64,000 nucleotides of DNA from a virus (lineage: Duplodnaviria; Caudoviricetes), in the IMG/VR virus record IMGVR_UViG_3300013947_000022, positions 32,001-96,000 of that record. One strand, 5' to 3'. Each line of letters starts with the position of its first letter. Position 1 is the first letter of the stretch. The notes beneath the pieces were generated by a model. The model was not told where the DNA came from. It did no database searches and saw nothing but the letters and a program-made list of their open reading frames with translations. A program made the position numbers and the translations under genes. Shown here in pieces: positions 38,301 to 48,787 of this stretch.

Positions 38301-41109
38301 GCTAACGGTGAAAGCCTAAAGTTACGACCAAGGTAATACCGTGCCAAGCTTATGCGAAAGCATTTGAAGGTGTAACGACTATGCCAGAGGGCAGTAGGGT
38401 GGATAAATGCTACCACTCGAAAGACGGATACCCTAATAGTTCGGCTAAGGGTAAAAAGATAGTCTACTCCGACTCTTAAATGAGTGTTAAAGTATTAGGA
38501 AACTAACGGTATGAAGGATTGATGTTGACAGCGAGGCTTTAAAGCGTCCTCTCATTTTCCAGAATATGCATGATTATTATGGAGATGAGAATGTTTTAAA
38601 TACTCTAACTTTAAAAACAGAGGGAACAAAATCTGTTATTCAGGTTTGTTGTAAAGGTCTTGGCATAAATAATGATGATGCTCAGTATCTTGCCGACCTT
38701 GTTCCTTTTGAACGTGGTAAAAACTGGTCGCTTTCTGATTGCTTTAATGGCAATGAAGATGAAAATAGACCTCCTCAAGTCGAGTTTATAAATGAAGTTG
38801 CTAAGTATGATGGATTAAAAGAAACTCTACTTAAAATTGAGGGATTGATTTCTGGTAGGTCAATTCATGCCTCTGCATCTTATATTTTTGATGCTGGATA
38901 TATTGCTCAAAACAGTAAAATGAGAGCGCCAAATGGCACAACTATTACCGCTTATAATATGGAAGATTCTGATTATATGGGCGGCCTCAAGGTCGATACT
39001 TTGACCATAGAGATGCTTGATAAGTTGCACAAAGCAATAGATTTGCTTATAGATGCAAAAGTGATAGAAGATAAGGGAAGTTATAAAGCAAATTATGATG
39101 CTTATTTACACCCTGATGTTTTGGATTATAATGACTACAAAATGTGGAATCTTCTTGACCAAAATCAGATTCTTGACGCTTTTCAGTTTGATAGCGCAAT
39201 GGGCCAACAGGTTATTATCAAAACCCAACCTCGTTCTATGCTTGAGCTTTCTACGGCAAACAGTCTTATGAGACTTATGGCACAAGACGATGCTACAGAA
39301 GCTCCTATGGACACTTATCGACGTTATAAAGATAACATTCAACTTTGGTATGATGAGATGGAACAATGGGGGTTGAACAGGTATGAGCAAGAAATAATGA
39401 AAAAACATTTAGGCTCGCTTTATGGAGTGGCTGATACTCAAGAAAGTATTATGGAAATGAGTATGGACCCTGAAATAAGTGGTTTTGATGTAGTTCTTGC
39501 GAACAAATTGCGCAAAAGCGTGGCAAAAAAGAAAAAAGATTTGATTGTTGCTGTCCATGATAAGTTTTACAAAAAGGGTAAAGACTTAGGAACTTCTGAT
39601 GCTTTACTCAATTATGTATGGGGGCAACAAATCAAAAGACAGCTTGGATATTCGTTCTCAAAAAACCACTGTATGCCGTACACGGTCATTTGTCTACAGT
39701 GTATGAACATTGTTAAACGATATGGCTCAATTTATTGGAATTGTGCTTGTTTAATTGTTAATAGTGGAAGTACAGATGAAGAAGACGTTGAGAACAATGG
39801 CGGCGTAAACTACGGACGCATAGCAAAAGCTATGGGTAATATGATGCAACATGGTATTAAAATTGCTTTGCCTGACTTGAACAGGGCTCATTTTGGATTT
39901 TATCCTGATGTTGCAGATGGAGAAATTGTATATGGATTGAAGCCAATTCAAGGGCTGGGAAGTAAAGTTGCAAAAGCAATTATTGATTATGCTCCGTATA
40001 CTTCTTCTAAACAGTTTTATGAAAAGATGCAGCAGTTTAAAGAAGATGCTGATGAAAACAAGTTTGGCGATACAGCAATGATTTCTTTAATTAAAGCGGG
40101 TTGTTTTGATACTATTGACAACAAACCCAGAGAAGAAATTATGAAAGACTTTATTAGGTCTATTTCCAGTCCAATTACATCTTTAAAAATTTCCAATATT
40201 GAAGATATGAAGCGATTGGGTTTATTAAGCGAAGACCAAGTAAAGTATGAATATCGTCTTTATCGTTTTAGAAATTATGTTTTTCAGAAGCAATTTTATT
40301 CTCATCAAACTGGTAAAAGTCCTACCACAGCCTATTATTTTCTTGATAGAACTTATGCCGAACCTTATTTTAAAGAAAACTTCATCGAGTTGATGCAAGA
40401 AAATAAGGATTATGAATATGCAGAAAATGGATTAATTGCCGTTAAGCGTGGTAGTTTTGATAGAGTGTTTGATAAGCTAATGAAAGATTTCAGAGAAAAT
40501 TATCTTTCTTCTCAAGAAATACTTAACAAAATTAATGAGAACCGTTTTAATGATAAGTGGAAAGAAAAGGCACAAGGCAATCTTTCTAAATGGGAATTTG
40601 ACTCTATGTGTTTTTATTATCATCCCCATGTGTTATTAGCGGCAGATATTCAGAAAAACGAGCTTGCTAATTTTGAAGAATTGCCTCTTCAGCCAGAGGG
40701 TGTGGCTACTTATTATTTTAGAGGGCAAGAAAAGATTCGTTTTGGTTTAAGTAAGATTTGCGGAACTGTGCTTGATAAAAATAAAAATAAACATACTGTT
40801 GATATTTTAACTTCAACAGGAGTTGTAACCTTAAAATTTTATAAGGGGCAATTTAGTTTTTATGATAGACAGATTTCTAAAACAAATCCAGATGGAAGTA
40901 AAACTGTAATGGAAAAATCTTGGTTTTCTCGTGGAACTAATCTATTAGTGACAGGATTCCGTAGAGACCAACAGTTTGTTCCTCGTGTGTATAAAGACAG
41001 TGTTTATAATCATTCTTTACAGCTTATTAAAGGTATTGATAAGAATGGTATGTTAGAATTAGTTTCAGACAGAATCGAGGTGGACTCAACCAATGATGTA
41101 GCAGTCTAA
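35346..41109 (+). CDS. dnaE: DNA polymerase III alpha subunit (family C), exons 35346-38219 and 38518-41109, containing an intein
   Basis: PHP motifs HNHT, TDHE, TDSHY; RGSAGGS; catalytic PD|IDVD restored by splicing; IHAS, LKVD, GYSFSKNH. Confidence 0.92.
35961..37211 (+). mobile_element. Intein with LAGLIDADG endonuclease in DnaE PHP domain (417 aa)
   Basis: QSA|CFRKG ... TENHKF ... GLFLGDG ... GYLLADG ... VIVHN|CLG. Confidence 0.92.
38220..38517 (+). mobile_element. Group I intron (298 nt, no ORF) splitting the DnaE catalytic PD/IDVD motif
   Basis: Exon ends GAT, intron ends G at 38517; core-like AACGGTGAAAGCC, AATACCGTG, GTAACGACTA, AGATAGTC; removal gives RPELPD|IDVDS in frame. Confidence 0.88.
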
Positions 41110-43573
41110 GATAACAGAATCAGATAAAATTATTAAGATTCACGCTACGTTAAATAATGTAATTTTTCCTAAAGGTGGGTTTTAGAATATAGTTGAGCCC
41201 ACCTTCGGGATAGTTTCTTGGACTATTATTACTGTAGATGAACGGAATCCAGAAGAAGACCGTTTTGGCACAATAACAGTTAAGGGAACATATCCAACCA
41301 ATATTCGTCCGAAATCAAATTATATTATTATTGCAAAAGAAGTTGAGCATCCTCAATATGGTACGCAATATGATTTAATTTATTTCAACGAAGAATTTGA
41401 TTTAACCAAAGCAAGTAATCAAAGAGCTTTTCTAAAAACCTTTTTAACTGATAACCAGATAGAAGAGTTCTTTAAAATTTTTCCTAATCCAATTCAAACT
41501 TTGGAAAAGGGAGACCCGAAAGAATTAACTAAAATTTATGGCGTAGGAGATTACATTGCGAATTGTATTCTTGAGCGTTATGAACAAAAGAAAGATGTTG
41601 GGCAGGTATATCTTGAATTAGACGGCATGGGGCTTTCTTCTAATTTTATCACAAAACTTGTTCAAAAATATAAAAATCCTTCCCTAATTGTATCAAAAGT
41701 TAAAGAAAATCCTTATTCATTAATTAAAGATATTGATGGAGTTGGTTTCTTAACAGCGGATGCAGTTGCTCAAAAAGCAGGGTTTAGTAAAACAGATGTT
41801 CGAAGGATTAAATCTTTTATCATTTGGTTTTTGAATAAAGAGGGAGATGAAGGTAATTCTTACATCTCTGCTCAAGAGCTTAGTGCGAATATTTTTGAAA
41901 CATTAGGTTCTCCACAAGAGATAGTAGAGAATTATGATGTTCCCGAAGATGCAGATGGTTCTATTCCTCGTAATAACATTGCTAAAGCAATACAAGAATT
42001 ACAAGATGAGCGGACGATTATTCTTGAAGACGGAGAGCGCAAAGCGAATCGTAGAGTTTATTTAAAGAAATTTTATGAACTCGAAAGAGATATAGCCTAT
42101 CACTTGAAGCGACTTCTTAATGCTCACAGTGATTTTAAGATTGAAAATTTTGACGAAAAAATCAAAAAAGCAGAAGAAGAGCAGGGATTTGAATTTACTC
42201 AAGAGCAGATTGATGGTATAAAATTAGGCTGTGAAAAGCAAGTTTGTATGATAACAGGTCTTGCGGGTTCAGGTAAATCAAGCCTTGTAAATGGTATTCT
42301 TACTGTTTTGAACAATTATACTTTCGCTCAATGCGCTCTTTCAGGGAAAGCTGCTGCGAGACTGCAAGAAGTTACAGGAGTTTCGGGAAAAACGATTCAT
42401 CGTTTGCTTGAATATAACGCTGATGGATTTGTAAGAAACGAAGAAAACCCTCTTACAGAGAATATCATTATTCTTGATGAAATTTCTTTGGTTGGTGGAG
42501 AGATTTTTTTAGATTTGCTTAAAGCTATTCCTAACGGTTCTAAATTAATTGTATTACGGGACCAACGGCAATTACCAAGTGTCGGCCTTCTAAATCTTGC
42601 CTATGATATGATGAACAGTAATCTTATTCCTGTAGTAAAATTGCAACAGGTTCATCGTCAAGCAAAATCTTCTGGTATTTTAACAGTAGCGTATCAAGTG
42701 CGTAATGGTTATCAACTTTATGATGATTATGCTCAAGAAAGTGTAGAAACTGTTGGGGATAAGCAAGATATGATAATTGATGTTTGTCCTGAGAGCGACG
42801 ATGATAGGGATAAAGTTTTAGCTTATTTTGAAGAATATTATAATTCTCCTTTAGTTGGCAGAGACATTGAAAAAATTCAAGTTATTTCTCCTGTTAAAGA
42901 AAGGGGAGATACTTGTGTATTTAACTTAAATCAAGATATACAAGAACTTGTTAACCCCATTGAGCCTTTTAAAAATAATTTTGTCATAAAGAAAAAGCGT
43001 AAGAAAACGGATAAAGATTTAAGTTATGTTATCCAAGAAAATGACAAAGTTATGTGTATTAAAAACAATTACCATGTTTTTAATACATTGGGCGGCGAAA
43101 CAGCAATGTTTAATGGTTGGACGGGAATAGTTAAGGAAATCAATTATGAAAATATGATTATTGATTTTACTTTAGGGGAAGCTCCTATAATTATTCCGTT
43201 GAAAGATGTGGGGAATTATATTATTCTCGGCTATGCGAGTACAGTACATCGACTTCAGGGTAGTTCAGCAGATGTTGTAATTGGAGTTTTGAATTGGGGT
43301 TGTCCTCCTAATATGGCCTCAAAAGAACTCGTTTACACTTTAATTACTCGTGCTAAAAAGAAGTGTATTTTAATTGCAAATACAGGAACTTTAAGAGCTG
43401 CGATAGGAACTGATTCTGTAGCTTACAAGAGAACTTTCTTACCAGAAATGCTTCAAAAAGATTTTTATTGGCTTAGAGCAGAATATAATAAATCAAAAAA
43501 GAAAGCAAGTGATGAGCAGAAAGCTCGTATGAAAGAAATAGCGGAAACTGCGATTCCGATGCCTAAAGATTAA
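41093..43573 (+). CDS. recD2: RecD2-like SF1B helicase (826 aa)
   Basis: GAGGTGG RBS, ATG 41093, TAG at codons 3 and 31; ENPY...GVGFLTAD, GLAGSGKS, TIHRLL, LDE, QLPSVG, VHRQ, STVHRLQGS, YTLITRAK. Confidence 0.9.
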
Positions 43574-43597
43574 TTAAATAAAACACAAAAAAAGCCC

Positions 43598-43626
43598 TTG
43601 ACAAACGAGGGCTTTTGTGTTACAAT
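43598..43626 (+). promoter_or_regulatory. SigmaA-type promoter overlapping a hairpin
   Basis: TTGACA-17-TACAAT lying inside the AAAGCCCTT...GAGGGCTTT inverted repeat. Confidence 0.65.
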
Positions 43627-43658
43627 ACAGACACTAAGATAAAAAATGGTGATATTCT

Positions 43659-43946
43659 ATGGACAAATATTTTTATTCTAATTGTTTCTTTGAAATGATT
43701 AAAGCTAAAATTAAAAATCCTAAAGTGAAGATAATGTATCTTCCAGCTTTTCTTAATGAAGCTCCATGTCCTCATTGGATGTGGCTTGATGAAGAGGGTG
43801 AGCATGATTTTCATTACAGGGGAAGACTTCCTTGGTATAAATGGTTTTGGCATAAAGGACATATTAGGACTGTTCATAGAGGTTGCTATAAAGGTTGCAT
43901 TATGCAAATGATTGAAAAGAAATATTATGAGGGAAAGCATGAATAA
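43659..43946 (+). CDS. Hypothetical protein
   Basis: 95-aa ORF with GGTG RBS directly after the promoter; overlaps next gene. Confidence 0.6.
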   Translation: MDKYFYSNCFFEMIKAKIKNPKVKIMYLPAFLNEAPCPHWMWLDEEGEHDFHYRGRLPWYKWFWHKGHIRTVHRGCYKGCIMQMIEKKYYEGKHE

Positions 43947-44346
43947 GTCAAATATCCCAGCTACTTTTAAAGAAGTTGGTTTCAATGAAAGTTTTCATAT
44001 GGGAAAATCTGAGAAATTTTCTTATTATATAGATAAAGACTTTGATTTTTGGTGCGAGCTTGAGGGAGGAGAAATTATTAAATGTCCTTCGGCTTATCGT
44101 ATTGATGCATTTACTTTTACTTGGTCTGGTTGTCGTTATTGGTATGATGAAGAGACTAAGCGCCATTATTATGTGAATCCGTTTTATGACGGAGAAACAT
44201 TTTATCTCTATGCATATAGTTTTGGAGAACTACTTGAGCTTATTAGGAAATTTGTAGAGCCAAGTGATGAAATAGAAGATGTACTTGATTCTTCTATTGA
44301 AATGAAAACATATAGGAATACAATAACAGAAATTTTTAAAAATTAA
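43939..44346 (+). CDS. Hypothetical protein
   Basis: GAGGG RBS, ATG 43939, tightly packed operon. Confidence 0.6.
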   Translation: MNKSNIPATFKEVGFNESFHMGKSEKFSYYIDKDFDFWCELEGGEIIKCPSAYRIDAFTFTWSGCRYWYDEETKRHYYVNPFYDGETFYLYAYSFGELLELIRKFVEPSDEIEDVLDSSIEMKTYRNTITEIFKN

Positions 44347-44358
44347 GGATGAATTATT

Positions 44359-44814
44359 ATGAATCGTGAACAGCGTAGACAAACAGTAAAGAATCTTCAA
44401 AAGAAAGGTCTCAAGAGAGAATCCGCAGAGACTATTGTTGAACGTATGGACTTTACTGAACATCATTTTAGTAGAGATGTTTGGGAAGGTGAAAAGGTTA
44501 AGTTGAATTATGACCGAATCACTCATTATAAGGATTGGAAAATTCTTCGTCAGGAATATCGAGATTTTGTTGAAGCTAACAAAGATACTGTTTTTACAGT
44601 AGAATTTGATGATATTCGCAAGAAGGAAGCTGAGAAGAATGAAGGGTTGAGTGGTCTTTGCCAGTTTGTTGAAGATACCACTCCTGTAAAGTGGCTGTTT
44701 TATGCTATTGACCTTATCCCTGAACCTAATCAGAAGCGTCCTAAAACTGAAACCGAACTTCAGAATGAAGCTTTCTTGGCTCATGTGGATGAAGTTTTAA
44801 AGGGTATTGAATAA
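44359..44814 (+). CDS. Hypothetical phage protein (MNREQRR N-terminus)
   Basis: AAGGA RBS; TAATG overlap with next gene. Confidence 0.7.
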   Translation: MNREQRRQTVKNLQKKGLKRESAETIVERMDFTEHHFSRDVWEGEKVKLNYDRITHYKDWKILRQEYRDFVEANKDTVFTVEFDDIRKKEAEKNEGLSGLCQFVEDTTPVKWLFYAIDLIPEPNQKRPKTETELQNEAFLAHVDEVLKGIE

Positions 44815-45158
44815 TGGAAAAAACTGTTGTTGGGGATAAATATGTTTTTGTTACCCCAGAAGAACAAAAATTAGCAGATGATTGTTTACAACTTTTAAGT
44901 GAAGAAGTAAAAAGATTGAATCCCAATTGCGAAAAAATTGGATTTTTGTCTTTTGATGATAAAACTTATGTCGTGCCTGTAAATGGCTATAAACCTTTAA
45001 AAGTAATGTTTGATACGGATGAAGTATGGAAAGTTTCAATAGACCCAGAAAATGAAAAAGAATTAATTGCTGAACGTTTTGCCACAAAAGAAGAACGAGA
45101 AGAAATTCTTAAAGCTTTAACTGTGAGCGGAATTAATTCCTTTAGGTTGGAGGATTGA
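44814..45158 (+). CDS. Hypothetical protein
   Basis: 114-aa ORF coupled to neighbours. Confidence 0.6.
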   Translation: MEKTVVGDKYVFVTPEEQKLADDCLQLLSEEVKRLNPNCEKIGFLSFDDKTYVVPVNGYKPLKVMFDTDEVWKVSIDPENEKELIAERFATKEEREEILKALTVSGINSFRLED

Positions 45159-46117
45159 CAATGACTAATCTTGTAATCATGGTTGGACCTGTAGCAAGTG
45201 GTAAATCTACGCTTGCAAGTAATATTAAAAATGTATATGAACGTAATGGACGGAAAACTATTATTGTTTCCTCTGACCAGATTCGTGTTGATTTATATGG
45301 CGATATTAATGACCAGACTCATAATGACGGGGTTTTTAAGGAAGTCCGTCGTAGAATTAATAACTGCATCGGGAAAATGAATGTCATTGTAGACGCTACC
45401 AGCATTAATGTAAAGTCTCGTGTTTCTTTACTTGACCTCGTTCGCAAGAATCTTGACGTGCGTAAAATTGCTATGGTTATGACCACTCCCGAACCTGTAT
45501 GCAAGATGCTTAATCGTAAACGCGAAAGAAAAGTTCCAGAGTATGTCATTGATAAGCAGATTGGAAATTTTGAAATTCCTTTTTATGAAGAGGGTTTTGA
45601 TGAAATCAATCTAATTGATTGGAATAGTAATTATTTTTCTTATGCGAAAGATGAGCTTGCTAATATGGAGATTGACAACGATTATATCCCCAATCTTATG
45701 GTTGGCTTTGACCAGCGCAATTCTCATCATAAGTACACTCTTGATATTCATTGTAAAACTTGTGCAGAAGAAATTGCAAAACGAACTGATAATGAAGTTC
45801 TCATTCGAGCAGCAGAAATCCATGATTATGGAAAGATGCTAACTCAGGAAGAGAAAGATGATGGCAGCGGTGAATGTCGCTATTATAGCCATCATAACAA
45901 AGGGTGTTATGAATTAATGCATCCTCTTGCATGGATTGGTTTTAAAGATTACAACAAGTGCCTTGAGTGTTTGTTTTATGTGAATTTTCATATGCTGCCC
46001 TTCTTTATTGAGACTGAAAAAGCTCAAAAGAAATGGGAGAAAATTATAGGAAAGGAAAAGCTTGATAATCTTTTCTTGTTTAATAAATGTGATAAGATTG
46101 CAAGTGGTACACAGTAA
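45155..46117 (+). CDS. Polynucleotide kinase (AAA_33-like P-loop) fused to HD domain
   Basis: MVGPVASGKST, SSDQIR, VDATS, RNRKRERKVP; HD part HHKYTLDIH, IHDYGK, YYSHH, FHM, CD. Confidence 0.8.
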   Translation: MTMTNLVIMVGPVASGKSTLASNIKNVYERNGRKTIIVSSDQIRVDLYGDINDQTHNDGVFKEVRRRINNCIGKMNVIVDATSINVKSRVSLLDLVRKNLDVRKIAMVMTTPEPVCKMLNRKRERKVPEYVIDKQIGNFEIPFYEEGFDEINLIDWNSNYFSYAKDELANMEIDNDYIPNLMVGFDQRNSHHKYTLDIHCKTCAEEIAKRTDNEVLIRAAEIHDYGKMLTQEEKDDGSGECRYYSHHNKGCYELMHPLAWIGFKDYNKCLECLFYVNFHMLPFFIETEKAQKKWEKIIGKEKLDNLFLFNKCDKIASGTQ

Positions 46118-47502
46118 TGTGGAAACATCCTCTGCTTGGTTATATTAAGCAAGTAAAAGCTATTTATGAGTATAATAATAAGCCTATTCGAGATTGGAAT
46201 TTTAAGCATTGGCTTGAAGACCTTTCTGAGCAAGCAGAAAAAACTCACGATGCAAGCCTTTTGGATTTACTTAAGGTGTTTGAGCCTCTTGATATGACCA
46301 TTGATAATGAATATGTACTTTTCCATTATAAGGGTTTTATTGACCTGAGTGATATGGGGTATTCCGAGGCAGATTTTTTCTATCTTTATGATGGGCTTTA
46401 TCAAGAGTGCCGTTCTTGTGTTTTTGATGTAAAGAAAGAAGAACTTGTTTTAGCAAGTCTTCCCAAATGGAAAAATTACAACGAAGATGCTTTTGATTGG
46501 TCTGAAAAGAATATTCGAGAAAAGTATACTTCTGCTCAAAAGATTTGGATTACCAATAAGATGGACGGCAGCTATCAGCAATTTCGTTATATTACCAATG
46601 ATACTGGCTTTGAAATGTTTTTTGGTTCTGGGTCACAAGCTATTGATTTAAATGCATCTTGGAGGTTAAGAGAGGGTTTTTATCTTCTTACTGATTCTCA
46701 GCGAAAGATGATTCAGGATTATCCTGATTACACTTTTATTTTTGAGTTTATTTCTACTAAAAATGCCATTGTGGTTCATTATACTAAAGAACAAGAGGGA
46801 ATGTATCTAATTTCTGCTCGTTCTTGTGTTAATGGAACTGAAATGGATTTTGATACTCTGCGTAGTATTGCTGCTCTTTATGATAGTAAGATGGTAGAGT
46901 ATTACGATTCTGAAAATCTTGATTCTCTTCTTGCTCAGGTTGATAATTTTTCTTCTAATGAAAAAGAGGGTTGGGTTATCCGTATGCGAGATGAGAACGA
47001 CAATGATTTTCGAGTGAAAATTAAATGTACCGATTATATTTTGCTCCATCGTGTAATTAGTAAGCAAGTATCTCCTAATGCAGTAATTGAAGCATTGGCG
47101 TATGACAAGTATGATGATTTTTATTCTAAAGTCCCCGATGCTTTTAAAGATATTGTAAAAGGTTTTTATCTTGAAACTATAAATTATGTTAGTACCCGTA
47201 CTATTGCGGCTGAGATTTGGCATTATCAAATGATAGAAGAGCTTAAAGAACAGCTTGAAAACTATCCTGAAAATTATATTAATAAGCTTAAGATGGTATG
47301 GATTACTGAAAATGTGCCTAAGTGTATTGCAAGTGATGTAAGGAATATGGTGAATGAAAAAAAGACTCAATATCTTATTCGTCGTGGCTCTCCTTACCGT
47401 CATGCAGAGATTCTTAAATTAAAGAATCAGCACGAAAAGGCAATTAGACAAGCAAAAGAAAGACATGAAAATTTTAAGAAAGAAGTGGTAAACAATGGTT
47501 AA
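46117..47502 (+). CDS. RNA ligase (T4 Rnl1-like)
   Basis: ECR, KWKNYNE, NKMDGS (motif I), FIFEF, EGWVI, RVKIK; directly coupled to PNK-HD. Confidence 0.8.
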   Translation: MWKHPLLGYIKQVKAIYEYNNKPIRDWNFKHWLEDLSEQAEKTHDASLLDLLKVFEPLDMTIDNEYVLFHYKGFIDLSDMGYSEADFFYLYDGLYQECRSCVFDVKKEELVLASLPKWKNYNEDAFDWSEKNIREKYTSAQKIWITNKMDGSYQQFRYITNDTGFEMFFGSGSQAIDLNASWRLREGFYLLTDSQRKMIQDYPDYTFIFEFISTKNAIVVHYTKEQEGMYLISARSCVNGTEMDFDTLRSIAALYDSKMVEYYDSENLDSLLAQVDNFSSNEKEGWVIRMRDENDNDFRVKIKCTDYILLHRVISKQVSPNAVIEALAYDKYDDFYSKVPDAFKDIVKGFYLETINYVSTRTIAAEIWHYQMIEELKEQLENYPENYINKLKMVWITENVPKCIASDVRNMVNEKKTQYLIRRGSPYRHAEILKLKNQHEKAIRQAKERHENFKKEVVNNG

Positions 47503-47974
47503 TGTAAAGATTAAGAAATTGACTGAAACAGCAAAGATTCCGACAAAGGCTCATGTAGAGGATGCTGCTTTTGACCTTTATGCAGACATTCCCAATGATA
47601 CTTTTATTCCTTGGGGAAGTACAGAAGAACGTAAGGGTTTAAAGATTCTCCCGCACACAACTGTTAAGATTGGTACGGGTGTGGCGATGGCTATTCCCAA
47701 TGGCTATTGGGGTGCTATTTATGCTCGTAGTGGCATTGCCACTAAGCAGGGTCTACGTCCTGCTAACGCCGTGGGCGTGGCAGATTCAAACTATCGTGGC
47801 GAAATTATTGTAGCTCTTCATAACGATTCTTCGGAGACTCAGATTGTTGAGCATGGACAGCGTATTGCGCAGTTTATGCTTGCCCCTGTAATCCCAACAG
47901 AATTTGAGGAGACTAATAATCTTGATGAGACCTCTCGTGGAGCAGAGGGCTTTGGTGATTCTGGCAAGTTCTAA
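47495..47974 (+). CDS. dut: Trimeric dUTPase
   Basis: AAFDL, ARSG, GVADSNYRGEI, RIAQ, RGAEGFGDSG. Confidence 0.95.
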   Translation: MVNVKIKKLTETAKIPTKAHVEDAAFDLYADIPNDTFIPWGSTEERKGLKILPHTTVKIGTGVAMAIPNGYWGAIYARSGIATKQGLRPANAVGVADSNYRGEIIVALHNDSSETQIVEHGQRIAQFMLAPVIPTEFEETNNLDETSRGAEGFGDSGKF

Positions 47975-48021
47975 TCGTATAGATGATAATAAAATTCAGT
48001 TTTTATTTTGAGGTAAAATAA

Positions 48022-48228
48022 ATGACTTTTAATTTTAAGTGTAACAAGTGTGGCACTCGTGTAGGTATTGACCTCGCTGAGAATTTGCCTGATTTTGAAA
48101 CTCCTCGATATGAGGAAGATGGGAAGATTTTCTTTAAAGATGCTCATATGGTTTGTCCTGTTTGCAAGGAAGAAATCGGATTTATTTTTGAAGAAAGTGA
48201 AGATTAGAATAATGGGGAGGACCAGTAA
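48022..48228 (+). CDS. Small Zn-ribbon protein
   Basis: CNKC...CPVC; reading through TAG 48205 ends it at a TAATG overlap with the next start. Confidence 0.65.
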
Positions 48229-48773
48229 TGGCTTCTCCTAATTATAATAAATTACTTTTTTATGATACGGAAACAGTAGGGATTAAACCCCCTTATATTA
48301 TAAGTTTAGGTTATATCTTATGTGAAAACAATAAAATTGTTAAAAGAGATATAATCAAATGCAATCCAAAATATCACATTTCAGAGGGTGCATCTAAGGT
48401 AAATGGATTTACAGATGAGATGGTAAAAGATTGGCCTACTTTTGAAGAAGAATGGCCTAAGATTGCACCATATTTTGAAAATGCTATACTGGTTCGGCAT
48501 AACCTTCCATATGACATTGGCTCTATTAAAGCAGAATTTAAACGTTATAACTTACCTGACCTTCATGGTTATTATGTAGATACTTTACCTATAGCAAGAA
48601 AGTATATTCCAAAGCCAGAAGTGCCTAATCATAAATTGGGAACGTTATGTGAGTATTTTGGTATTGACCTTGTAAACGCGCATACTGCTGATGCAGATAT
48701 TTATGCAACTATGAAGTTGTTTAACAAATTAGTTAGAATTACTAATGGACAAATGGATGTAAAAGAATTTTAA
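48228..48773 (+). CDS. DEDDh 3'-5' exonuclease (Pol III epsilon-like)
   Basis: YDTET, LV(CGG)HNLPYD, VDTL, HKLGTL, AHTADAD. Confidence 0.9.
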   Translation: MASPNYNKLLFYDTETVGIKPPYIISLGYILCENNKIVKRDIIKCNPKYHISEGASKVNGFTDEMVKDWPTFEEEWPKIAPYFENAILVRHNLPYDIGSIKAEFKRYNLPDLHGYYVDTLPIARKYIPKPEVPNHKLGTLCEYFGIDLVNAHTADADIYATMKLFNKLVRITNGQMDVKEF

Positions 48774-48787
48774 AAGGGGAGAATGCT

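Noticed and set aside
31440-43260. Reassignment of CGA as well as CGG
   Set aside because: CGA occurs at conserved basic positions (DnaB KNR, RecD2 TVHR), consistent with Arg.
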